33,798 nucleotides of DNA from a virus. Taxonomy: Duplodnaviria; Caudoviricetes. Shown here piece after piece: positions 15,091 to 23,377 of the stretch. Both the position numbers and the translations under genes were made by a program. How positions within the stretch are numbered: position 1 is the stretch's first letter; each line of letters starts with the position of its first letter. A model generated the notes under the pieces. That model was given only the letters and a program-made list of their open reading frames with translations, had not been told where the DNA came from and searched no databases. Where the stretch lies: the IMG/VR virus record IMGVR_UViG_3300002092_000122, positions 1 through 33,798 of that record; one strand, given 5' to 3'.

Positions 15091-15960
15091 TTAAGCCGCT
15101 TTTTGATTGGTAATTGCATCCAATTCATTGATAAAATTGGCGGATTTTTGGGCTAAAGCGGCGGCATTAAATATCGCCTTATTATCTTCTTTTAGGCACT
15201 TTAACCATGAGGCGATATAGTTGCTATGTTGCAATTCCCCTTGAATGCCATAATCAGCACAAAGAAAAGCCGCCCCCATTTCAGCAACCAATTCCTCAAA
15301 AGCATAGGCGGTATCAGCAAAGCGCTTACCCTTGGTACGATCTAGCCTATGTTTTGCACCAGACCAATGGGTTAACTCATGCAACAACGTGCCGTAATAA
15401 TGGGATTCAGTTAAGAACGTTTCTTTTTCCGGCATCGTGATTGAATCGGTAGATGGCATGTAAAACGCTCTACCCCCGCCATGTTTGATATTGGCGCCCG
15501 TTTTAATAACCCGATCTTCCAGAGCCGGTACAGGGTTAAATTCAGCAATGATCGGTTTTGGTTTTTCAATTTCAATACCATCAACCTGATCTATATTGAA
15601 AACATAGTACGTCTTGAGTAGGTTGTACGCTAATAATTCAGGGTGCGTATCGGTTGCTTTAATCTCTTTTTTAGCGACTTTAGAGTAGAAAACGACTTGA
15701 GTGCCTTTTTCGCCCTTTTTAACAGTCCCGCCTAAATCTTCCCATTGTTTGTAACTAGCCCAAATCGGTTGAGAATATCCAGACATTCCTAGAATCAGTC
15801 TGTTAATACCCTGATAGGGTTTTTTACTAATGGCGTTCTTATCTTCATTAGAGCCACCCACCCAAGGCTTTATCCAAGGTGTTACCCCTTTTTCCAATTG
15901 TTCGATAATCCGATTAGTAACGCTATCGTAAACGTTAGGTCTTACTTGATTCTTTTCCAT
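15091..15960 (-). CDS. ardC: ArdC-family antirestriction protein (ssDNA-binding domain plus zincin metallopeptidase)
   Basis: IIEQLEKGVTPWIKPW, YQGIN, W.SYKQW, VKKGEKG, VFN, LLHELTHW and YAFEELVAE. Confidence 0.9.
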   Translation of the reverse strand: MEKNQVRPNVYDSVTNRIIEQLEKGVTPWIKPWVGGSNEDKNAISKKPYQGINRLILGMSGYSQPIWASYKQWEDLGGTVKKGEKGTQVVFYSKVAKKEIKATDTHPELLAYNLLKTYYVFNIDQVDGIEIEKPKPIIAEFNPVPALEDRVIKTGANIKHGGGRAFYMPSTDSITMPEKETFLTESHYYGTLLHELTHWSGAKHRLDRTKGKRFADTAYAFEELVAEMGAAFLCADYGIQGELQHSNYIASWLKCLKEDNKAIFNAAALAQKSANFINELDAITNQKAA

Positions 15961-16002
15961 ATTGATTCCTTTAGTTAGGTGAAAGGTTTACTACTGCTAT
16001 TG

Positions 16003-16031
16003 ATTATCTAGATTAGTCTGATTATAGTCAA
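16003..16031 (-). promoter_or_regulatory. sigma70-type early promoter for ardC
   Basis: TTGACT-17-GATAAT. Confidence 0.65.
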
Positions 16032-16432
16032 TAGGTTATCTTCATTGTATTTTCTTATTGTTGCTTTAAAACAAATAGAAATAAACTATCGCATAGACTA
16101 TGTTTATAATAGTCTATATAGGTGCTCATCTATTACATAGTTGTCTATACTTATAGTTCTATATATCTATTGTTTATATAGTTGATTTATAAATAGATAT
16201 GATGATTGAATGTAGGGAAAGCTGGAAGATTATCTACACTTTCCACAATATGAAATATTATATATATGGGGGTTAGGCTATCAATCAGTAAGAATCTACT
16301 CTTATTCCCTAGTCTGGTAATGGTAATTAGGGATAGACCAGATTAAATCAAAGTAAGTAAGCATTCGCCTACTTGAGTTGGACTTGATACCGCTATGGAG
16401 GGAGCCCCACTCCGAATTCCCCCCAAAAAAAA

Positions 16433-17149
16433 TTAGCATTTATTGAGTACCGTAGTATTTTTAGAAAGATAAGGCTTTGCCTCATTGGTGTAAATCACAC
16501 GACGAATGACCGTATCCTGATTCCAAACATTGTGGGTGGTCCATAAGGGTCCCGTATCAATTCCTTCTATTCGACTGCAAACTTGAGAGAGTTGACCGAT
16601 GCCGGTAATGTCCAATCCCCAATCCAAGGTGCAGTTCGTCATGCCCGTAGGGTGCGTAGTAATCACTTTAAAACCTTTATTGCACAAGTCCTTTACTCGA
16701 GCATTGAAAAAATCGGGGGTATAGGAGGGCAGTTGGTTGCTCATGGGAGGGGAATTGACGATGAGGCAATCAAATGCAGACCATCCCCGATTCTGAAGGG
16801 CGGGGTAATCGAACAGGAAATCTTCCTTGCAAGCCATAGGAGAGGAAACTTCCAAACGGTTTGAGAGGTGTTCAAACCAATCGAGGTGCAGTTTTACCCA
16901 ATCACCCCTATTGGGCGAGTTGTAAAAGAAGTTTTTATCCCCAATCCAAGCGTTTATGGCGGATCCACAGATATTCAAGCCATCCAAATGAATCGGCATA
17001 TCGTCTATGAGGGGAAATAATTGTTGGTGATAACTAACGTTGCAATGGTGGGTAAACTCGAGGTCGGGGTTTTGACTACAAACCTTCCTTAAAAAGTGTA
17101 GGTGAATAAGGTTATCCCCTAGATGATATTCATTGTATGTGTGTATCAT
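16433..17149 (-). CDS. GT-B fold (GT9 heptosyltransferase-like) glycosyltransferase
   Basis: HLGDNL near the N-terminus and IEGIDTGPLW near the C-terminus. Likely start is ATG 17149. Confidence 0.6.
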   Translation of the reverse strand: MIHTYNEYHLGDNLIHLHFLRKVCSQNPDLEFTHHCNVSYHQQLFPLIDDMPIHLDGLNICGSAINAWIGDKNFFYNSPNRGDWVKLHLDWFEHLSNRLEVSSPMACKEDFLFDYPALQNRGWSAFDCLIVNSPPMSNQLPSYTPDFFNARVKDLCNKGFKVITTHPTGMTNCTLDWGLDITGIGQLSQVCSRIEGIDTGPLWTTHNVWNQDTVIRRVIYTNEAKPYLSKNTTVLNKC

Positions 17150-17157
17150 GGTATTAT
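17129..17157 (+). promoter_or_regulatory. putative promoter of the rightward (late) operon
   Basis: TTCATT-17-TATTAT with an extended -10 TG. Overlaps the start of the divergent GT gene. Confidence 0.5.
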
Positions 17158-17186
17158 TCAATTAGTGAAGTTATACGGAGGATACC

Positions 17187-17402
17187 ATGACTATTAAAAT
17201 CGAAACAAAAATTCCGTTACCCCCTGAGAAAAGGCGCAATGTGTACCCATATAAGGTGATGGAGGTCAACGACAGTTTTTTCGTGGAAGGCGGGAAGTTG
17301 CAAATTGTCTGTAATGCCAATTACCGAGCCAAAAAACAATTGGGCAAGACGTTTATTGCCCGCAAACAGGATGGAGGGGTACGAGTATGGAGAACGGCAT
17401 AG
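17187..17402 (+). CDS. small putative DNA-binding protein
   Basis: IETKIPLP..YPY..MEVNDSFFV..GVRVWR motif. GGAGG RBS, first gene of the late arm. Confidence 0.75.
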   Translation: MTIKIETKIPLPPEKRRNVYPYKVMEVNDSFFVEGGKLQIVCNANYRAKKQLGKTFIARKQDGGVRVWRTA

Positions 17403-17596
17403 ACGTGAAGGTGCAAGAGGAAGCCAAGAAAGCCTATCTGGACTTTATTTGGAAAATGGACAAGGAGGCGATGTTCAAGGAATTGATGCGGGTGCATGCC
17501 GCAAGTGCCCAATTATTGAGTGACGCACAGGCGGAAATTGATCGGCTAAAGAAAATCATTACCACGCCGGTTGCCTCCAATGGTCCCAAACACTAA
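17387..17596 (+). CDS. hypothetical coiled-coil protein
   Basis: 69 aa, GGAGG RBS. Confidence 0.6.
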   Translation: MENGIDVKVQEEAKKAYLDFIWKMDKEAMFKELMRVHAASAQLLSDAQAEIDRLKKIITTPVASNGPKH

Positions 17597-17843
17597 TGCC
17601 ACGCCAAAAGTATTGAAGGATTTGCATGAGAATCGGGTTGCCTTCAAAACGGAAATGCTCAAGGCGATTGCGTGCAAAACCGATGCTCAAAAAGTGGCGT
17701 TGGCGAAAGAGTGGCGGGAAAAGTACAACACCATCTTCTACCGAGAGTTGATTGCGATGGCGAAAGACCACAAGAATCGGCTGAAGGTGGCGTATTGGGA
17801 TTTGCCAAACTTTGATGAAAAACGGGTGGGAAAAACGATATGA
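17580..17843 (+). CDS. hypothetical protein
   Basis: ATGA-coupled to the GT2 gene. Start uncertain. Confidence 0.6.
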   Translation: MVPNTNATPKVLKDLHENRVAFKTEMLKAIACKTDAQKVALAKEWREKYNTIFYRELIAMAKDHKNRLKVAYWDLPNFDEKRVGKTI

Positions 17844-18562
17844 AAAGCGTAGCCGTAGTAACGGTAACCAATGGAAACCGAACACCAGAACTGATCCATT
17901 GCGTAAATAAACTTGACGTGCAAACGTATCCGGTGATGCACTACATTTTGTGTGACGGGGATTTTGAAACCTTTTTAAGAACCCGCAAACGGTTTGAATC
18001 CCCGACCAGACGGGTATGCTATTGGGATGCGTTCATTGGCGGCAAGGACCTTGAAGGGCGTAAGTGGTTAGCCGCCGCACCCATGATGGTCAACGAGGAC
18101 ATTACCCTATTTTGCAATGACGATGATTGGTACAAACCGGACCATGTGGAAACTATCGTGGATAAAATTGAATCGGGGTATGATTGGGCGTATAGCTTTC
18201 GGTCTATCCATGACAAAGAGGGGCATTTTTTGTTTGACGACAATTGCGAGGCGTTGGGCGAGGCTAGTAGCGCATGGAATCTGCCAGGGCATCATTTTGT
18301 GGATTGGTGCATGTGGGGGATGCTCACTTCCAAACTGCGGAACATTTCAAGCATTTTGGCGGAAAAAGGCTATGGCATTGACCGGCAGTTTTACCAATTG
18401 GCGAAACAGGTGTACCCCAATTTCACCGGAACCAATCAGCACACTTTTTGTTTTCGATTGGGCGGAAACGCCTATTCCGTACAGGAACAATTCTTTATTG
18501 AAGGCAATGCGTTCATGCGGGAGAGGTACAACAACCGTTTGCCTTGGCTAAAGTATGAGTGA
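17840..18562 (+). CDS. GT2-family glycosyltransferase
   Basis: VAVVTVT..QTYP..HYILCDG..FCNDDDWY..DRQF. Immediately upstream of the terminase. Confidence 0.8.
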   Translation: MKSVAVVTVTNGNRTPELIHCVNKLDVQTYPVMHYILCDGDFETFLRTRKRFESPTRRVCYWDAFIGGKDLEGRKWLAAAPMMVNEDITLFCNDDDWYKPDHVETIVDKIESGYDWAYSFRSIHDKEGHFLFDDNCEALGEASSAWNLPGHHFVDWCMWGMLTSKLRNISSILAEKGYGIDRQFYQLAKQVYPNFTGTNQHTFCFRLGGNAYSVQEQFFIEGNAFMRERYNNRLPWLKYE

Positions 18563-20318
18563 TTTTAACCTTCAGCATTTCTACCATTTTTGCCGACAAT
18601 TGCGGATCGAAACCAAAGAACACGGCTTAAAAAAACTCGACCATTTGCTAGGATCCCAAACCTACGTCATGGATGAAATGGCAAAAGGGTTGGCTGACGG
18701 AGTGCATTTTTTCGTTATCCTCAAAGGGAGGCAACTTGGAATTACCACTATTTCATTGGCATTGGACCTTTATTGGCACTTCACCCATCCTGGTTTGCAA
18801 GGAACCCTTACCACCGATACCGAAGAAAATCGGGATATGTTCCGGTCAACCCTTGCAATGTACATGGATGGACTGCCAAAACAGTACAAAATTCCCATCC
18901 TCACGCACAATCGAAATGCGTTGGCGCTACGCAATCGAAGCCGATTGTTCTATCAGGTGGCGGGACTTAGAGCCAAAGGCAGTCTAGGGCGAGGCAAAGG
19001 GATTACCTTCTTGCACGGTACCGAAACTTCTTCATGGGGTGACGAGGAAGGATTGGCTTCGTTGCTCGCTTCATTGGCTGAAACCAATCCAGACCGGCTT
19101 TATACGTTTGAAAGTACGGCTCGAGGATTCAATATGTTTCACGATATGTACACGACTGCAAAACGAGCCCGTACCCAACGAGCCATTTTCTGCGGGTGGT
19201 GGCGCAACGAATTGTATTCATTGGATCCCAACGGTCAAACCTACAAAGTTTATTGGGATGGCAAACTCACCGGTGAGGAAAAGGAATGGGTCAAGGACAT
19301 TAAAAAACTCTACAATTTTGAAATCAATACCCGCCAAATCGCATGGTGGCGTTGGAAGTTGCACGAAGGTATTAAAGATGATAGTTTGATGTATCAGGAG
19401 TTTCCGCCAACCGAGGATTACGCCTTTGTAATGACCGGTCAATCCTTCTTTTCCAATGCGAGGTGTACGGATGCCGTTAAAAAACTCAAGAAGGTGGACT
19501 ACGATTGCTACCGCTATGTGTTTGGGGTTAACTTCCAAGATACTGAGGTGGTCAAGTCCACCGAGAGGCTTGCATCACTCAAGATTTGGGAGGAACCTAT
19601 TGACACCGCTTATTACGTTATCGGTGCTGATCCCGCTTATGGGTCTAGTGATTGGGCTGACCGCTTTTGTATTCAAGTATTGCGGGTGTATTCCGATGGG
19701 ATGGAACAAGTGGCTAGTTTTGCTACTTCGGAAATGAACACCTACCAATTTGCGTGGGTAATCTGCCATTTAGCCGGTGCCTACAAAAATAGCACCCTAA
19801 ACCTTGAAGTCAATGGTCCAGGTCAAGCCGTCATCAATGAATTGAAGAACCTCAAGCGCCAAGCCGCCGCAATGGGTAGCGCATTGGGTAAGGACCTCAT
19901 GGATGTGTACGGCAACATGCAAAACTACATCTGGCGGCGCAACGATACCATGAGTGGCATCAGCAATTCGATTGGGTGGCTCACCACAAGCGCCACCAAA
20001 GAAAGGATGCTCACCTACATGAAGGATTTTTTTGAACGTGGGATGCTCGACATTTGGGATATGGACACGATTGAGGAAATGAAAACCACAGTACGGGACA
20101 ACGGGTCCATTGAGGCTTCCGGCAGAAACAAGGATGATCGGGTAATTGCTTGCGCCCTAGCGTGCGCCGCTTTTGCCGAGCAAGTGCAACCACGTTTGAT
20201 TGCCTTAAAGTTGACCAAAAAAATGTCTAGGGTACAGGATGAATTTACGCCAGAGCAATTGACCGTAGGCAGAAATGTTAGTGATTATCTGAAAATGATC
20301 GGGGTGTACGGCAAATGA
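18555..20318 (+). CDS. terL: terminase large subunit
   Basis: ILKGRQLGITT (Walker A), FLHGTE (Walker B), ESTARG coupling motif, and YVIGADPA / DDRVIA nuclease motifs. Confidence 0.95.
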   Translation: MSDFNLQHFYHFCRQLRIETKEHGLKKLDHLLGSQTYVMDEMAKGLADGVHFFVILKGRQLGITTISLALDLYWHFTHPGLQGTLTTDTEENRDMFRSTLAMYMDGLPKQYKIPILTHNRNALALRNRSRLFYQVAGLRAKGSLGRGKGITFLHGTETSSWGDEEGLASLLASLAETNPDRLYTFESTARGFNMFHDMYTTAKRARTQRAIFCGWWRNELYSLDPNGQTYKVYWDGKLTGEEKEWVKDIKKLYNFEINTRQIAWWRWKLHEGIKDDSLMYQEFPPTEDYAFVMTGQSFFSNARCTDAVKKLKKVDYDCYRYVFGVNFQDTEVVKSTERLASLKIWEEPIDTAYYVIGADPAYGSSDWADRFCIQVLRVYSDGMEQVASFATSEMNTYQFAWVICHLAGAYKNSTLNLEVNGPGQAVINELKNLKRQAAAMGSALGKDLMDVYGNMQNYIWRRNDTMSGISNSIGWLTTSATKERMLTYMKDFFERGMLDIWDMDTIEEMKTTVRDNGSIEASGRNKDDRVIACALACAAFAEQVQPRLIALKLTKKMSRVQDEFTPEQLTVGRNVSDYLKMIGVYGK

Positions 20319-20704
20319 TTCACCCAAAGCACCAATTGAAAAAGATTATGAAACGCTTTTTGGCGGATCCCAATAGGGGGATTTCGCACACCTTGTTTGC
20401 AGAATTGGCGGGGGTTAGCCGTAAGCATTTGCTCGATGTGTTCGATTACGAAACCGAGCCCTTAACCGAATACATGCAACGGCGGGTAAGCAAAGCCTAT
20501 ACCGCATGGTGCAATGGGGAGGTGGCGATCATGCAGAATCGGGATGCAAGCCGGTTTGTGGAATACCGCAAGGAAGCCAAACCCGTTTTGCAAAAAACTA
20601 CCCGCTTGCAATTGGTTAATGGAGAGATTAAGATTAGCGTGGGTGTTAAGCCTAAATACGATTATGGCAAAACAACACTTGACGAACAGTTGAAAAGGGG
20701 ATAA
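20315..20704 (+). CDS. helix-turn-helix protein
   Basis: ISHTLFAELAGVSRKHLLDV HTH pattern. Confidence 0.65.
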   Translation: MIHPKHQLKKIMKRFLADPNRGISHTLFAELAGVSRKHLLDVFDYETEPLTEYMQRRVSKAYTAWCNGEVAIMQNRDASRFVEYRKEAKPVLQKTTRLQLVNGEIKISVGVKPKYDYGKTTLDEQLKRG

Positions 20705-20706
20705 AT

Positions 20707-21276
20707 ATGTCAGTAGTCAACGATTACAAATGTCCGAAACACGGATATTTTGAAAGCCGTAAACCACAATGTCCGATGAAAGATTGCCATGAGGAAGTTT
20801 TTATCGTCTTTTTGCAAGCACCTAGCCTTGTTAGTGACAAGACAAAAAGAACCGACAAAACAACCAAGCAACTCGCTATCGAGTTTGGAATGTCCGACAT
20901 TAAGACCACAAGAGAAGGTGAACACCAAGAAGGTTTCCTCACCAAGAAAAACAAGTTCACCGAAAAAGAATACGCCCACGCAGAAAAGTTTGCCACCCGC
21001 AAAAGAGGTGTCAACAAAGACAAAATTAAAGTACAAACCCCGCCGCCGCAAGTCGAACCAAGGGCGGGGGACAACGCCATCTGGGGCGGGGGCATGAACG
21101 GCATGAACATGCAGTCAATCTTAGCCGGTAGGTTTAATCAACCGGTAGGACCGTCACTAGGAAAAGAGGCGGAGGCAACCGTATTTGCGCCAAGCCAAGC
21201 CGGAATTAGAAAGGGACCAAATCCCCTTGCCGGTGGTACATTAGCAGATCCACAAAATTTACAGATTAAAAAATGA
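20707..21276 (+). CDS. zinc-ribbon (FmdB-like) hypothetical protein
   Basis: DYKCPKHGYFE..CPMKDC. Confidence 0.65.
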   Translation: MSVVNDYKCPKHGYFESRKPQCPMKDCHEEVFIVFLQAPSLVSDKTKRTDKTTKQLAIEFGMSDIKTTREGEHQEGFLTKKNKFTEKEYAHAEKFATRKRGVNKDKIKVQTPPPQVEPRAGDNAIWGGGMNGMNMQSILAGRFNQPVGPSLGKEAEATVFAPSQAGIRKGPNPLAGGTLADPQNLQIKK

Positions 21277-22904
21277 GAATACCTAAAGGTCACGCAGATC
21301 GGGAAAACTTCTATCTGGACATTATTCAGAAATGCTTAGTGTCCAAGGAAATCCGTAAGGGCGATTACACGATTCTAAGATCCTTTTATTTGTTTGGCGA
21401 TAACCCTGAAGCACCTCCCGCCTACTTCAATAAAATCAATCCGCATTTAGATCAACTGACTAGCTTTTTGTATTCATCCGAAACTACACGGTTTTCCATT
21501 GCGCTAGGCGCATCCGTCAACGAGCAAGAGCAAAGCAAAACCCCCGTACTTACACAAGCCCTAAATGATGAGTGGCTTAACTCTAATGCGGATCAGGTTT
21601 TCTCAACGGCATTAACGTGGTCATTGGTGTACAACTCAACCTTCGTTAAATTGGTTTACAACAAGGGTATTAACCCATTCATGGTGGAACCTGGCAGTAT
21701 CGGGGTGCTACGAGAAGATATACCCTATACGGATAGGCAAGAAGCCCTAACGCAAACCTACTACATCACCAAATCGGAACTGTATGCAAGACTGTATTCG
21801 CATCCAAGGCGTGAGGAAATTGTTAAGCGGCTAACGGCAAACAAAAAGAGTAATGAAGCCGATACACCCAATGGAGTTGATCGTATTGTAATGAGCCAAT
21901 CCAATCCCACGATGTACGGGAATGTGAACATGGATCTATCCGGAATCAATCGCTACATGCCTGAAGTGGCTGAAGATACCGTTGAAATGACTGAACTTTG
22001 GTTATGGAATGACGAAACCGAAGATTACCAAGTAGTCACAATGGCGGCACCCGATGTAATTATTTACGACAGACCAGGCGAATCCTTATTTTTAAAGGGT
22101 GAAAGCCCGTTTATTCAGCTATGCCCGAACCCATTACCCAATTATTTTTGGGGTGCAAGCGAAACGCAAAAACTCGTTCAACTGCAACAACTGTTAAACG
22201 CTAGGTGGGTAGAAATTTTAGACCTTCTAGCGAAACAAGTTAGCCCTCCAACGGCATTGACCGGCTTTACCGGCATTTTGGATGAAAAGAATTTTGCATT
22301 AAATCGTGCCGGAGGACTGTTATCGTCTGATATGCCAAATGCGAAGGCGGATAGACTTGCGCCAGAGATGCCGGCTAATTTGTTTGAAGTGGTACACGAA
22401 ATTAGTGCCATGTTTGAGGAAGTATCGGGTATTGGCAACGTATTACAAGGAAAAGGCGAATCCGGTGTTCGTTCTGCCGGTCATGCAAGCCAATTGGCTC
22501 GATTAGGCTCGAGCAGAGCCAAAAAACGGGCATTGATTATTGAAGATAGCCTTGAAAAAGTCGCAACCTTGTATTTAAAGCTAATGCAAGCCTATGACGA
22601 TACCCATTTCAAGACAGTAGATGGAAAATCGTTTATTGCCGAGCAATTCACAAAAGATTTTGTGGTTAAAGTGGATGCACACTCAAATAGTCCGATATTT
22701 ACGGAAGATTTGAAACAATTGGCGTTTAATTTATTTAAAGCCCAAGCTATTGACAAAGAATCACTACTTGATATGCTAGAGCCACCGATGAAGCAATTAT
22801 TAAAAGAAAAATTGAAGAAACGGGAAAAAGAAGGAAAAGACGAGCCCCCACAAGGGCAAGGACCAAAAGAAAAGCCGCAAAAGAAGGAACACGGAGAAAA
22901 ATAA
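21273..22904 (+). CDS. portal protein
   Basis: 543 aa, positioned between terminase and capsid, with podovirus portal-like motifs (EEVSGIGNVLQG, DFVVKVD). Confidence 0.85.
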   Translation: MRIPKGHADRENFYLDIIQKCLVSKEIRKGDYTILRSFYLFGDNPEAPPAYFNKINPHLDQLTSFLYSSETTRFSIALGASVNEQEQSKTPVLTQALNDEWLNSNADQVFSTALTWSLVYNSTFVKLVYNKGINPFMVEPGSIGVLREDIPYTDRQEALTQTYYITKSELYARLYSHPRREEIVKRLTANKKSNEADTPNGVDRIVMSQSNPTMYGNVNMDLSGINRYMPEVAEDTVEMTELWLWNDETEDYQVVTMAAPDVIIYDRPGESLFLKGESPFIQLCPNPLPNYFWGASETQKLVQLQQLLNARWVEILDLLAKQVSPPTALTGFTGILDEKNFALNRAGGLLSSDMPNAKADRLAPEMPANLFEVVHEISAMFEEVSGIGNVLQGKGESGVRSAGHASQLARLGSSRAKKRALIIEDSLEKVATLYLKLMQAYDDTHFKTVDGKSFIAEQFTKDFVVKVDAHSNSPIFTEDLKQLAFNLFKAQAIDKESLLDMLEPPMKQLLKEKLKKREKEGKDEPPQGQGPKEKPQKKEHGEK

Positions 22905-23068
22905 TGGCGCAACGGTTTACCTCGAAAGCAGACCAACCAAGGGTAACGGATGCCTCGTTAAAAAAAGATAACGGGATGCCAAAATTGGAGTATCGTAATA
23001 ATTCTGGAAGCAAGAATTTGAGCAGAAGTCCCAAAACCCGCAATTTGGGTAGGGCAATCAGGGGATAG
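22904..23068 (+). CDS. 54-aa basic micro-protein MAQRFTSKADQPRV...RSPKTRNLGRAIRG
   Basis: TAATG-coupled to portal, GGAG RBS. Confidence 0.65.
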   Translation: MAQRFTSKADQPRVTDASLKKDNGMPKLEYRNNSGSKNLSRSPKTRNLGRAIRG

Positions 23069-23085
23069 GTAAACGGAGAAACGTC

Positions 23086-23127
23086 ATGCGTAAATCACAC
23101 AAGAAATCCCGCAAGTCTAGGCGGTAA
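23086..23127 (+). CDS. 13-aa protamine-like peptide MRKSHKKSRKSRR
   Basis: GGAGA RBS at normal spacing. Paralogous to 23207..23248. Confidence 0.65.
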   Translation: MRKSHKKSRKSRR

Positions 23128-23206
23128 TCGGTTTCCTTCACGGGAAAAAGGGTGTAGCTGCCTTCCCTATTTCAAAATAGGTGGCTCTGCTAATTGGAGA
23201 AATCTC

Positions 23207-23248
23207 ATGGCACGTAAAGCACGCAAAGGTCGTAAAAGCCGTAAGTAA
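23207..23248 (+). CDS. 13-aa protamine-like peptide MARKARKGRKSRK
   Basis: GGAGA RBS at normal spacing. (xRK)4 periodicity. Confidence 0.7.
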   Translation: MARKARKGRKSRK

Positions 23249-23323
23249 TCCGTAAGGATTATTTTGGTTAGACCAAATGAACCTCCCGCAGGGGGGAGGG
23301 AATAGAAAATAAAAACCCCCCAC

Positions 23324-23353
23324 TTGACAATTCATAGTTTAGTATTGCAATAT
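23324..23353 (+). promoter_or_regulatory. putative promoter for capsid-assembly genes
   Basis: TTGACA-18-CAATAT. Confidence 0.5.
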
Positions 23354-23377
23354 GCAGTAACTTGATAGGGAAATACT

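Noticed and set aside
18673-20218. Multiple alternate-frame and antisense ORFs within terL and other long genes
   Set aside because: Fully nested, with no RBS or motifs. Expected shadow ORFs.
23128-23200. tRNA or hammerhead ribozyme in the portal-scaffold gap
   Set aside because: No T-loop/anticodon cloverleaf and no CUGANGA/GAAA core seen.
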